Shown: positions 46,631 through 59,240, numbered from the stretch's first letter. The stretch is 64,000 bases of DNA from the human T2T-CHM13v2.0 reference genome, Homo sapiens (GCF_009914755.1 NC_060928.1), one strand, 5' to 3'. Notes: generated by a model from the letters alone, not told the origin. Numbers and translations: made by a program.

Positions 46631-47600
46631 TTATCAAAAAGTTAAAGATTTTTCCCTACGTGGTCCAGATATGGCAGAAAGAGAAAATTGTGATTCGATC
46701 TCTCCATGGGTCCACAATGTGGTAAAAATTAGTAAAGAGGGTCAGAAGACTACCACCACCAGTCATTTGAAGGAACAGACCCCCAGTTTTTGCCACATTG
46801 GATTGACCTCAATCTGCAGTGGGGTAAAAAGCCCATCTAGGTTCACACTGACAAATGACCAATGCCGTCTGATGGCTCAGAAATATTGATATAAAAAATT
46901 GATCCTTTCTTCCTCAGAGCACAAAAAGCAGCATTCATATGGCATTTGATTTGATGAAGGGATAAGAGGAGAATCAAAAGAATCAACTGTCAACATAGAC
47001 CAGAAAGGGAAGGCATCTCTACTTTTGGCAGATTCCTAATTAAACAGTAGCCAGATATAAGGATAAGACCCTCAGCCTAGCCTGAGGGTCTGACACCTGG
47101 GATGCAAAGTGATACTCTAAGCTACTGCTTTTCCACATTAAATATGCCAACTCACAATTGAGTGGCTAAATATTTTGAGTTACACCTCTAGTTGAAAGAA
47201 TCCAGGGGACAATTTCTACTCTGAAATTCCCAAAATTTTCTCTATTGTCTACTTATTTGTGGAACCCAAAGATGGCAATAGGCTCATTTCCACACCAAAG
47301 CAAAAGCAGCTGGCTGTATAGTCCTCTTATTCCCCTATACCTTTGGTTCTCTAGGTTCAAGTGGACAAGACAGGAAGGAGGAAATAATGTAATAAAGTCA
47401 CTGAGAAAAGCAGAGGCCCCAGTTCATTTTTACTTTAGTAAGTTCATTTTTACTTGACTAAGTTCTAGGTAAACATCAGTTAAGGAGAAAAACTAGAGAA
47501 ATTTTAATAGTAGATTAAATTTCTATTCAAATTTAATTAGAAAATATTTTTACTATTTTACACATGAGAAATCTGAAGCTTATAAGAAAATTAATTTGAC

Positions 47601-47765
47601 TTTACTGTCTACTTACTGCCATTCTCCCACATATTTTCATCTTTTCAGAAATGTAGGTCCTAACACATGCCAGGAGCCATAGCCATTTCCCACCACAGCC
47701 AGGCTCTCTTACACATCCTCGAATGAAGGACTTAAAACTCAAACACGGCCTGAGAGTTTCTTTCA
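47601..47765 (+). repeat. Copy 2 of the ~165-bp repeat, embedded in a minus-strand MIR (~47555-47806)
   Basis: Flanked by the MIR halves ttttacacatgagaaatctgaagct...gac and ctcaggtctg...ctaaccac. Confidence 0.9.
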
Positions 47766-49129
47766 TCTCAGGTCTGTACTTATTCTAAAGTGCATCCTCC
47801 TAACCACCCAGGTTTTTCACTCCTTTAGGACGTATTCACCACCTCAGCCTAGGTGGTGATTTCACAGGGAAAACATGGTGAATCACTTTTTCACTGCCTC
47901 ATTGACATAATGAGGATAATATACATATGAAGATTATATATATACATATGCCATTTACTACTTAAAGGCTGGGACTTGACAAGTCCTTTTCTTGAACACA
48001 AAGACTAATATCACAAAGGGCATCTTTTTTTTCAGTACCTGGTTTCTAGTTGCTAATAATCTATCAGGCTCATAATATAAAATAAATTTATGTTATTTTA
48101 TGTGCCCTAAAAGGGCTATAAAGTACAAATAAACCTTGAGCTATCTTTCCTGGAAGTTCAGAAGAATACTGTGAGAGCATAGTAACACGAGTAGAAGAAA
48201 GAATGCCTGTACAATGAAGACATATTCCTTTATGGATCATTCCTGAGAGTAAAGGTTTCATAAAATTTGTTGGGAAACAAAGAAAATAGGTCATTTAAAA
48301 AATGTATGAGGCTGGTTTAAAATAAGCCAAATGATTGCATTCTCTTGATTATCCCAGATTTATCTCTTTCTTTCCTAGAATTAAGTGGGTCTGAAATAAT
48401 GTTTGATTGATGTTTTTCTGGTACAAAACACGTATAACCTATTTGCTTATTAGGAGGAAATTCAGTTCACCATTGAACAAACCATTCTGGTATTAGTCTA
48501 TAAATAAATAAATTATATTTGTGTAGCTCCTGTGGCTATGAAATAGTTAAATAATAAAAAGTAACAATATTTGGAACATGGGAAATGGGACTGATGAATT
48601 GAGGAAAAACATACATTCTCTATGATCTATTATTTTTGACAGAAAGAGAGAATCTTTTTCATTTTGGAAAAAATCTGGAAGATTTTCTTTCCAGACTTTT
48701 TGAGAGCATACAGTAAATACTTTTTTGCCAATAACAATGATAATGTCACAGAGAGAAAGAGTGACATGGATAAAGATGCTCCTAAGTAATAAGCTGCAAT
48801 CAGCATTTTGCAGAATATGTTAAACAGCACAATTCTTGGATACCTGCATTTCATGTGTCCATGTAGTAGGAGCCAGAACACAGAAGTGCAATTTCTTAAG
48901 ATGTTATTTTTAAAATGTGAATTTTCAGTAACTTACAAAGAAAGGGAACTTTGGATTATCTGTAACTGGTATTAAAAACTGTTACCAAAAAAGTTAGCCT
49001 TCCAACACAAACCTCATAATAAATAAATGGTATAGAACACAGAAGATATCCTGAAATACTATAAGAACCCAAAATAAAGTGGTGGATCCATAGATTTCAT
49101 AAGAACTAAATGGTGTAGAAAATGGAAGA

Positions 49130-50690
49130 GAATGCAAAACACTTCAAAAGCCAAAATAAAATGATGGATACAAAGTGGACATGAAATAAAGTAGACAAGA
49201 GAAATAGGCTTAGTTATGATCCAGATTAAGCTGAAGTTAGCAGACGAGACTTTAAAATAACCATGATTAGTAAGTTAAAGAAAGTAGACCGAAATATGCA
49301 CAACATTGAAGAAAAAAATGGAGGGTTACAATAGAGGATTTATAAATAAAGAATTTATTTTAAGAGCTCAAACAAACATTGTTGTGATAGTTAATTTTGT
49401 GTGTCAACTGGAAAGGAGAGCTCAGGTTAAACATTATTTCTGGGTGTGTCTGCGAAGATGTTTCCAAATGAGATTAGCATTGAATAAATGGACTCAGTAA
49501 GTAGACTCCCTGCCCAGTGTTGTTGGGCATCATCCAATCTATTGAGAGTCTGAATAGAAAAAAAAGGCAAAGGAAGGAGAATTTGTCCCTTTTACTTCCT
49601 GCCTCCCTGCTTAGCTGGGACATCTCATCTCATCTTCCCAGCTTTAGGATTAGGATTCATACCCAGCTTCCATGGCTCTCCAGCCTTGGGACCCAGACTG
49701 AATCACTGGCTTTCTTGGGTCTCCAGCTTGCAGACAGTAGATTATGAAATTTCTCATCCTCCATAATTGTGTGAGCCAATTCCTCATTATATATATTAAT
49801 AATTATATATTATATAACATAGATTATATATGTGTGTAATATATAATATATATGTATATACATATATATTTTTTCTCTGTCTCCCTCTGGATTACCTTGA
49901 ATACAATTCTAGAAGTGCAAAATACACAGTCTGAAATTAAGAACTCTTTTGATGGGTTTAACAGTAGACTGAACATAGGAGAAGATAGGATTTACAGACT
50001 CAAGTCAATAGAAAATATGCAAGAAGCACAGATAGAAAAAAGAATAGAAAGAACAAAACAAAACAGATAAGAAACGTGGAACAGGATTTAAAAAGTCTAA
50101 CATGCATATAGCTAGAATCCCAAGGAGAGAAAAGAGAGATAAAAAAAGTTGAAGAAACAATAGTCAATAGCTTTCAAATCTCATAAAAAGAAACCCCACA
50201 AATTCAGTGAGCCCCAAGCAAGATAAATACAAAGAAAACTTCAGCTTTATTCTAAAAAGAAATAATAAGAGAAGATCTTTAAAAGAAAAAGATCATATTG
50301 CTTCTGGAGAAATATCAGGAAGAAATCCACTGACCAGAACTGTGCTAGAAGACATCATTAAAGAACTAAAAGAGAAAAAACAAACCTGCCAATTTAGAAT
50401 TCTATACAGAATGAAAGTATCCTTCAAAAAAAAAGGCAAAGAAATAGACATTTCCATATAACCAAAGCTGAGAGAACTGTCACTAGTAGATCTTCAATAC
50501 AAGAACTACTGAAGAATGTTCTTCATGTCAAAGTATAATGGTCCCAGATGGAAGAACAGAAGTACAGAACAGAAGTATAACACAGAAGTCCAAGAAAAGT
50601 TTATAACTTATGTAGGAGTAAAACAATGTGACAATAGCAGCAAAAAAGGATAGGAATGGTTAACTATTATAAGTTAAAGCACTGCAAGGA
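49130..50690 (+). mobile_element. Ancient L1M(E) ORF1-region remnant
   Basis: EIKNSFDGFNSRLNIGEDRI; CQFRILYRMKVSFK. Confidence 0.75.
49383..49905 (+). mobile_element. MLT2B-like ERVL solo LTR with an internal (TA)n tract
   Basis: tgtgatagttaattttgtgtgtcaactg...gagattagcatt...ctccagcttgcagac...aataca; TSD att(g/c)t. Confidence 0.85.
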
Positions 50691-50691
50691 G

Positions 50692-50933
50692 CTTGACTAT
50701 TGTGAACAGTGCTGCAATAAACAAGTGAGTGCAGATATCCCTTTGGTATACTGATTTGTCTTCCTTTGGATAAATACCCAGTACTGGGACTGACAGATCA
50801 TATGGTAGTTCTATTTCCAGTTTTTTGAGAACTCTCCACACTGTTCTCCATAATGGCTGTACTAACTTACATTTCCATCAACACTGTATAAGAGTTCCCT
50901 TTACTGTGTATCCTTGCCAGTATCTGTTATTTT
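50692..50933 (-). mobile_element. L1MA ORF2 fragment; inverted copy of 51933-52174
   Basis: The reverse complement aligns end to end with 51933-52174. Confidence 0.85.
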
Positions 50934-51721
50934 ACAGATATCTGTTATATCTGCTCATTGCAGTGTTCGAGATATGGCAAAAGGAGACAAAATTATGGTT
51001 GCATTTTGTGATTTCTAGGGTAACCTCTAAAATGACACAAAAACATACAATAAAAAAGCTGATAGATGAGATAAAATTCAATAATAAAATGTAATTGATT
51101 AATGCAAAATAAGTAGGTATCTTAAGTCAGTAAAGAGTAAAAGGATTGTATAACTTTGACCTTTTTTAAAATACAAAGTTGACTTACAAAGTTGAGCTAT
51201 TTGAACTAAGAGTGTCTACTTTGGGTTTTTCATGTTGTTTTAATATACTGTTAGAAACGACACTTACCTTAGTGCAGTTTCCATTTCACTTCCCACTGCA
51301 TACTGGTAAGTCCACAACTTGGGACTATTGCTCTGTGTAAGTCAATTTGAATTGTACATTGGCATGCACTAGATTCTATCACCTTCTCAGTTCACTTGAC
51401 ACTTTATCTAGTTAAAAATTTACAAAACTAACAAACATAAGATAAGTATGCAGCATGTCCAACAGCCAAAGAGGCCAGAGGTCAGGCCAGCTCAAAGTAT
51501 TTTTCACCAAAAGTATATCCTGTTCCTCTACCAGATATCATCAGAAGATAAGAATTATTCTACTCTTAAGATGTGAAAAAGAACTTGAGAGAGAAAGCAA
51601 TTTTGTTTTTTTAGAAGGCAGTAAAGCAATCTAGATTCCAGGGTTTTAAAATACAAATCTCCAATTCTCACCCTAGGTCCATCCTTTTATTCATTTCCAA
51701 TTTTGTAAATGCAGTGATTTT

Positions 51722-53058
51722 AATATACAAGGAACTCAAACAACTCAACAGTAAAAAAAAATAATCCCTTTAAAAAGTGGGCAAAATACATAAATAGACA
51801 TTATTCACAAGAAGAAATATAAATGGCCATCAGACATATGAAAAAATTCTCAACATCACTAATCATCAGGGAAATACTAATCAAAACTACCATGAGATAT
51901 CTTACCTCAGAATGGCTGGTATAAAAAGACAAAAATTAACAGATACTGGCAAGGATACAGAGTAAAGGGAACTCCTATATAGTGTTGATGGGAATGTAGG
52001 TTAGTAGAGCCATTATGGAGAACAGTGTGGAGAGTTTTCAAAATACTAAAAATAGAACTACCATATGATCTGGCAATCCCACTCCTGGGTATTTATCCAA
52101 AGGAAGAGAAATCAGTATACCAAAGGTATATCTGCACTCACATATTTATGGCAGCACTGTTCCCAGTAGTAAAGATATGGAATCAGCCTAAGCGTCCATC
52201 AGAGGACAAATGGATAAAGCAAATGTGGTATATATACACAATAGAATAATATTCTGCCATAAAAATAATGTAATCATGTCATTTGCAGCAACATGGATGG
52301 AACTGGAGGTCATTACATTAAGTAAACTAAGCCAGGAACAGAAAGACAAACAATGCATGTTCTCATTCATATGTGGGAACTAAAAAAGTTGATCTCTTGG
52401 AAGTAGAGAGTAGAATGGTAGACACCAGAGACTGGGAAGGGTGTGTGGGTAGGAGGGGCATATGAAGAGAGGTTGGTTAATGGGCACAAATATTAGATAT
52501 AAGATATAAATTCCTCTTTTTTTTTTTTTGAGACGGAGTCTCGCTCTGTTGCCCAGGCTGGAGTGCAGTGGCGTGATCTAGGCTCACTGCAAGCTCCGCC
52601 TCCCGGGTTTACTTACGCCATTCTCTTGCCTCAGCCTCCCAAGTAGCTGGGACTACAGGCGCCTGCCACCACGCCCAGCTAATTTTTTTGTATTTTTAGT
52701 AGAGATGGGTTTTCACCGTGTTAGCCAGGATGGTCTTGATCTCCTGACCTCGTGATCCGCCCACCTCGGCCTCCCAAAGTGCTGGGATTACAAGCGTGAG
52801 CCACCATGCCCGGCCATAAGATATAAATTCTAAAGTTCCATAACAGAGTAGGGTGACTACAGTAAGCAACAATGTATTTTATATTTCAAAGTAGTTAGAA
52901 GAAAGGACCTAAAATATTCCCGACCCATAGAAATGATAAATACTCAAGGTGATGAATACCTCAAATATCCTGACTTGATCATTCTGTGTCTTACCCATGT
53001 AACAAATACTCACCTCTATCACATAAATAGGTAAAATATTATGTAGCAATTTAAAAAA
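51722..53058 (+). mobile_element. L1MA3/4-like 3' portion
   Basis: KIELPYDLAIPLLGIYPKE...WNQPKRPSEDKWIKQMWYIYT; L1MA 3'UTR. Confidence 0.85.
52515..52815 (-). mobile_element. AluY SINE
   Basis: gcaagctccgcctcccggg...cgccattctc; TSD ataagatataaattc. Confidence 0.95.
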
Positions 53059-54307
53059 TTGTATCACAAGTCTTGAGAGTGTAGCCACTCTCAGGTTCTT
53101 TCCGGTTTTTGGCATCTTATTCCTTCTCTACGAACCAGGCTTCCAAAACTTATCCAGTTCTTGGAGAAGTTTATAGAGCAATTAGGAATATAGCATCTCA
53201 AGTATTGCCACAGACCTAACTGCATCATCATCTCTGTGGATGGGGCTCAGGAAGTCTTTAAGATACAGAAACCGCTCTTTCAGGCTATTTTTTAAAGGTA
53301 CAAAACAAAAACCCTCTAGGTACTGAAAATGTCCTCTTCCTATAAAAACTATATGCTTTGAATCTCATAGCAGATCATAGTGCTATGACATTTCCTAAAT
53401 AGAATTGGCCCACAGAGTTGTGGTTGGGTGAATCTCTATCAAGCATGTCTATTGGCAGGGCTGTTTATCAGTAGGAGTATGCTGTTAATGCAATTGCCTG
53501 TGTTCACAGATAGGTGAGTCAAATTAATTTCTGAATTGATGAGGTTTTCTAGGCATTTTTATTATTCCTCCACATATTTTTCAAATTTGCTGGAGGATCT
53601 CAAAAAGACATGGATGGAAAGAAATGGAAAACAGCCAATGATCTTCTTCTTCAGTTACATTGTCTGTTTTCTGAGTAAGTTAATGAGTCTCAGAATTTAT
53701 CTTTATTTGTGCATTATTCCTCACATTCATATTCACTTTAATTTGTCTTCCAAAAGAATAGTTTTAGAAAAATGATTTATTGCACAAAACAAAAGTCAGA
53801 AAGAGACACAAACAAAGTTTTATTACCAAGGTAAGAGAGGGTATCTGGGCAAGAGGAAGTAAAACCATGAGTCTGCATGAAATGAAAAACACCTCCCTTA
53901 TTCTCATGACTTCATCTTTCAGGCAGCTCCTCTAGTCCACCTTCCCACAGGCTAAGACAGGCTCTTGAACAGGTTGTCACGTTTTTACACAAGCCCAGGT
54001 GAACCCCAAAAGGAGCAAAACGAGATATAAACCGGGCTGTCAGGAACATCCACTAAACTTTAAAGCTCTGTACCTTTTGTCTTGGGGCCAAACCAACCTT
54101 GTGGCTTGCAAATTCCAAGCATCTTTTAATCTTTGCTTTCCAGACGTTAGAGGCAACTCACCAACATCTAACAACAAACCAAACTTGAAAATACTTAGCT
54201 CTGACCCAACCATGTGCCAGAGTTCCAGATGTCTTTAAAATTAACCTGTTCTCTGAGTCCTCTTAAAGGTCAGTTTCTTTTGCTACCAACTTGCCACTGT
54301 GCAGCAA

Positions 54308-54326
54308 TAGCGCCATCTACAGAGCA
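54308..54326 (-). promoter_or_regulatory. Candidate CTCF site
   Basis: The minus strand reads tgctctgtAGATGGCGCTA, matching the CTCF core AG(A/G)(T/G)GGCGC; the CpG is retained in non-repeat DNA. Confidence 0.5.
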
Positions 54327-55316
54327 ATGTTAGGAAAAAGGACACCTGGTTAGGTGGAGGTCAAATTTGGGAGAAGGGAGTGGAATAATACATATATTTT
54401 TTGAAGTATAGCCCTTTACAGTCTATTTTCCAAATGCATTTGGTAGAATAATAATGTCATCTTTACATTTAAAGAGCAGCTTGGTATTTTTCACTTCCAA
54501 GAGTTTGTTTGAAAATGTGAAAAAGAAGAGATATAACAATAAACTAGAGAGGATAACAAATTTGGAATTAACAAATCACAATTTATGTAGCACATGGGTC
54601 ATGGTAAGCTATATAGGGTCCTAAGGCCAGCAATTATGGTGGTAGCTCCTTGATGCCTTATCTTCCAGATTGTGGCAGAGGAAGTGGCTTCTTATCAGGG
54701 CAGTTACATCTCATGAGGGTAATTCCTGCAAATTCAGCCCGGAGCCTACTTCTCCAGCCCTTTTAAAAATCTGATGAGTCACCCCAAAACTGCTAATTAA
54801 CCTCTTTTTACATGAACTGACTAGAGGATATTTTGTTGCCTTCAACCTAACCCTGACTCTATATGATGACATATTAATGAAATAGATTACTAATGGAATT
54901 GAGGCATGAGTCAAGGGGGCCTCTGCTACAGCTGCCACAGAAAACCAAATGCCTCCTTGGGCCCACTTTCCTTCAGAGGCAGCACAAGCAGCAGAAGATG
55001 GGCCTCCTCCTCTGTAAGTTTCATTTATGTTCTTAAAAGATTAAAAAAGTGACAGCTAACCTGTATTAGAACATAGGTGTGATGAGTGTGCCTCCTAGAT
55101 CTCAAGCCAGTGCTAGGTCCTTGTGGTGGACCAGATCTCTTAAGGCATCTGGGAAATGTTGTCTTTAGCTTCCAGTCTGGCTGTCTTAGTGGTAGAGAGC
55201 CAGACTTCAGTACTGGCCTCACATGCTTTCAGCCTAAAAGTTCTTTCTGTAATTCACTAAACTCTCCTTTCATTTCAGAGGCAGTTGGTTTAGCAAGCGT
55301 AGCTGGTAGTGTACAG

Positions 55317-55678
55317 CAAGGGTCCCCAACCCCCGGGCTGGGGACCAGTACCTGTCTGTGGCCTGTTAGGAACCGAGCTGCACAGCAGGAGGTAAGCAGT
55401 GGGCAAGCGAGCATTATCGCCTGAGCTCTACCTCCTGCCAGATCTGCTGTCTGCTGCAGCATTAGATTCTCATAGGAGCACGAACTCTATTGTGAACTGT
55501 GCATGCTAGGGACCTAGGATGCGTGCTTCTTATGAGAATCCAACTAATACCTGATGATTTGAGATGGAACAGTGTCATCCCAAAACCATCCTCCACACCC
55601 TACCACCACCTGATCATCAATGGAAAAATTGTCTTCCGAGAAACCAGTCCCTGGTGCCAAAAATGTTGGGAACCACTG
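55317..55678 (+). mobile_element. MER1B hAT-Charlie DNA transposon
   Basis: TIRs caagggtccccaacc / gttgggaaccactg; ggcctgttaggaacc; 8-bp TSD gtgtacag/gcatacag. Confidence 0.9.
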
Positions 55679-56869
55679 GCATACAGGGTTTTCCAAACTT
55701 CAGTCATTCTTATATCACAGTCAAGGCTAATATTTATAAGATGTTCAACTGCCACTGCTGATCATCCAGGGGCATGGGAAGAGGGCAGGCCTTAGAGACA
55801 GGTCTGACTTTAGATGCTGCACCTCTATTATCCTCACTAAGTTTCAGCCTCCACCTCTGCAAATTAAGAATAAAATTGCCTCTCCAGTCAGCCGGTGACT
55901 CTGAAAATAATAAAATGGTAGGTATTTTCTCATTTTTCAAAGGTTCTAATATAGTCATTGGCTGCTCTGGAAGTTCAAAGATGATCAACTTTTGAGGCAT
56001 TTAAATATATGCTATTTGATAATTATTTTCAATGGTATATAATGTGTGAAAATATGGGATGTAGTTTATATAATAAAGCCAACATTGGCATCAGTATAAA
56101 AAAATGCTAAAACTCCTTTCATTCTTTCAGTTCTATGCTTATAATTTGTACACTTTTCTCTATGTATGTTATACTCCCATAAAAAGTTTGCAGTAAAAAA
56201 TGCAAACTGCAAAGAGATTTTATTAAGATAAACCTGGGACACAATGAGGTGGATTAAGATAGAGACAAATATATTCCAGAAAAGAATGGGCAATGAATGT
56301 AGAGTAGGTATTCAGGTAGAATGAAGAGAACAAGTAAAAGATTTATATAGTTGTGTTCTGGGAGTCTCAGCACAGAGTATTTTTTTTAAACCCAAGAGCT
56401 TTTTATTTTACGCCATAATACAAATGGATTTAAGTCAAAACAGAAAAATGTGCAATTGTTGGAAATTACCCTTCAGTAAGGTTTCTCAGTTGGCTATTTA
56501 ACCTAGTGATTTGTGTAAAGATTATAGTTTTTTTCCCCTTCGTCGTATAGTGTATTTCTTTTCTTTTTGTCTTCAAGTAAGTATTTATTTTTATAATATA
56601 ATATCATCATAGTTACAGACATTTTAAATGTAGGTGTTCTTTCAAATGCTTGGAAAACATAAGTACTTTTTATCTCAGAAATATGTAGTGATAGTGTAGA
56701 GAGGGGGTTGAACTGATTTTTAAGTCGAAGATCAAAACATGCAAATACTAGCAGTCATATCACATGAGTTGTATGAAGAAGAAAATAATAGAAAGTCTCT
56801 AAAACCATAAAAGCTGAAAGAAATAAGAAACATATTTTAAATGTCTCAGAGTCAGATGTTTTCATCTAA

Positions 56870-57348
56870 TATAAAGACACATGCACACGTATGTTTATTG
56901 CGGCACTATTCACAATAGCAAAGACTTGGAACCAACCCAAATGTCCAACAATGATAGACTGGATTAAGAAAATGTGGCACATATACACCATGGAATACTA
57001 TGCAGCCATAAAAAATGATGAGTTCATATCCTTTGTAGGGACATGGATGAAATTGGAAACCATCATTCTCAGTAAACTATCGCAAGAACAAAAAACCAAA
57101 CACCGCATATTCTCACTCATAGGTGGGAATTGAACAATGAGATCACATGGACACAGGAAGGGGAATATCACACTCTGGGGACTGTGGTGGGGTCGGGGGA
57201 GGGGGGAGGGATAGCATTGGGAGATATACCTAATGCTAGATGACACATTAGTGGGTGCAGCACACCAGCATGGCACATGTATACATATGTAACTAACCTG
57301 CACAATGTGCACATGTACCCTAAAACTTAGAGTATAATAAAAAAAAAA
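56870..57348 (+). mobile_element. 5'-truncated L1HS, Ta subset
   Basis: Near-consensus L1HS 3' end with the Ta diagnostics ACA (57245-57247, gatgacACAttagtggg) and G (57330, aaaacttaGagtataat). Confidence 0.93.
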
Positions 57349-57627
57349 TCATTTATTAAAACAAAGTTTTTATATTTTTATAATAGTGTTTCACTTGATA
57401 AATATTTTTGAATAAATGAATGAGGAAATTAAAGAACAAAAAAAAAAAAAAAAAGAAAATTACTCTCAAAGTTCGTTTACATTTCTAAGTGGCTCAAGTC
57501 ATAGTGACTAAAATAAATTCTAATTTTAAAATTAGTAAATCTGAGTGTGCCCCAGCAGTATTGTCTTGAAATGAATAAAACTAGGGCAGGTAAAAACCTG
57601 GATTCTGCCGGTAAAGACAGTCATGGA

Positions 57628-57901
57628 GGCCGGGCACATGCTCATGCCTGTAATCTCAGCACTTTGGGAGACCTAGGCGGGCGGATCACTTGAGGTCAGA
57701 AGTTCAAGACCAGCCTGACCAACATGGTGAAACCCCATCTCTACTGAAAATGCAAAAATTAGCTGAGTGTGGTGGCGGGTGCCTGCAATCCCAGCTACTT
57801 GGGAGACTGAGGCAGGAGAATCGCTTGAAATCGGAGGTGGAGGTTGCAGTGAGCTGAGATTGCCCTACTGCACTCCGGCCCAGGCAGCAGACTGAGATTC
57901 A

Positions 57902-57931
<30 letters not shown>
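57628..57931 (+). mobile_element. AluSx SINE
   Basis: Dimer and polyA; 15-bp TSD aaagacagtcatgga. Confidence 0.94.
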
Positions 57932-57936
<5 letters not shown>

Positions 57937-58439
57937 CAGTCATGGAAAGCATTTGGCTTTTCCATGACAGCTGTAGCAGAGGTCCCAGGGATGGCTTCCT
58001 CATTCTCTAGTGTTGAACAGTGGAACATGGGATATCCATTCTCCTGGCATGGATCATGGCAGAAGTGATCTGGTCCTGGAGCCAGCAGTGGGGATTGGCT
58101 CTCAATTTCCTACCCATCAATGTTTGATACTAACTAGCTGGAATAATGTTTTTAAAAGTCTGTTTTGCTTGAAAACACTGGGCAAGGGTATATGTGTCCT
58201 GTTGGAGCAAACTGAATCCTAACTAATGCAGGATGATAGAGGAAAAAGTGTTTGAGGAAGAATTGTATCCCATTTTCAGAGCTTGAATATAAAATCAACA
58301 ATCATGTGCTTTGAATGTCTGAGTAGACTCTTGCCTATTGCTGAGAAACTGAAGAAAATATTACTGCATTTAGTTTTATATGTCTATATAGTAGAATGGC
58401 CATTACTCTGAATTTGCAGAGATAAATAAATAAACAAAG

Positions 58440-59240
58440 CATAATGAGGGAATACTATAAACAATTGTATATAGCATACAACAAATCAGATGACTTAGAT
58501 GGAATTAACAAATTCCTAGAAAGACACAAACTACTGAAACTAGCTCAAGAAGAAATAAAAATTCTGAATAGATATATAATTATTGAATAAACTGAATTAG
58601 TAATCAAAAAAGTTCCACAAAAAAAAAGCTCAGGCCCAGATGGCATCATGGGTGAATACTACTAAATAATGCAATTTATGAGGCCAGTATTACTCTCGCA
58701 TCAAAACCAGACAAAAATATCACAAAAAAGGAAACTACAGACCAATATTCCTTATGAATACAGATGCAAACATCTTCAACACAATACTAGAAAACTGAAT
58801 CCAGCAGCATACAAGGATTGTATAACAAGACCAAGTGGGATTTATCCCAGGAATGCAAAATTTGTACAACACATGAAACTTAACCAATGTAATACATATT
58901 AATTAAATAAAGGACAAAAAACACACGAACATCTCAATAGATATTATAGAAATATAAGGGAATGTATCCAATTTGATAAAAGACATTTATGAAAAACCCA
59001 CAGCAAATATGACACTTAGTGATAAAAGACTGAAAAGCTTTCCTCCAAGGTCAAAAACAAGACAAGTTGTTCATTTTTACCACTTCTATTCAACATTGTG
59101 CTAGAGGTCTAGCCAGGGCAATTAGGCAAGAAAAATAAGTAAAAGCCGTCCAGATTGGAAAGGAAGAAGTAAAACTATCCACAGATGGCATGATATTATA
59201 TATAGGAAGTTCTAAAGAATTCTTAAAAATCTACAAAAAT
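58440..59240 (+). mobile_element. Old L1M ORF2 fragment
   Basis: caaattcctagaaagacacaaactact...caggcccagatggc...accacttctattcaacattgtgctagag. Confidence 0.85.

Noticed and set aside
48630-48881. Hydrophobic 83-aa minus-strand ORF
   Set aside because: Hydrophobicity is expected from T-rich DNA; there is no ATG start, homology or convincing exon structure.
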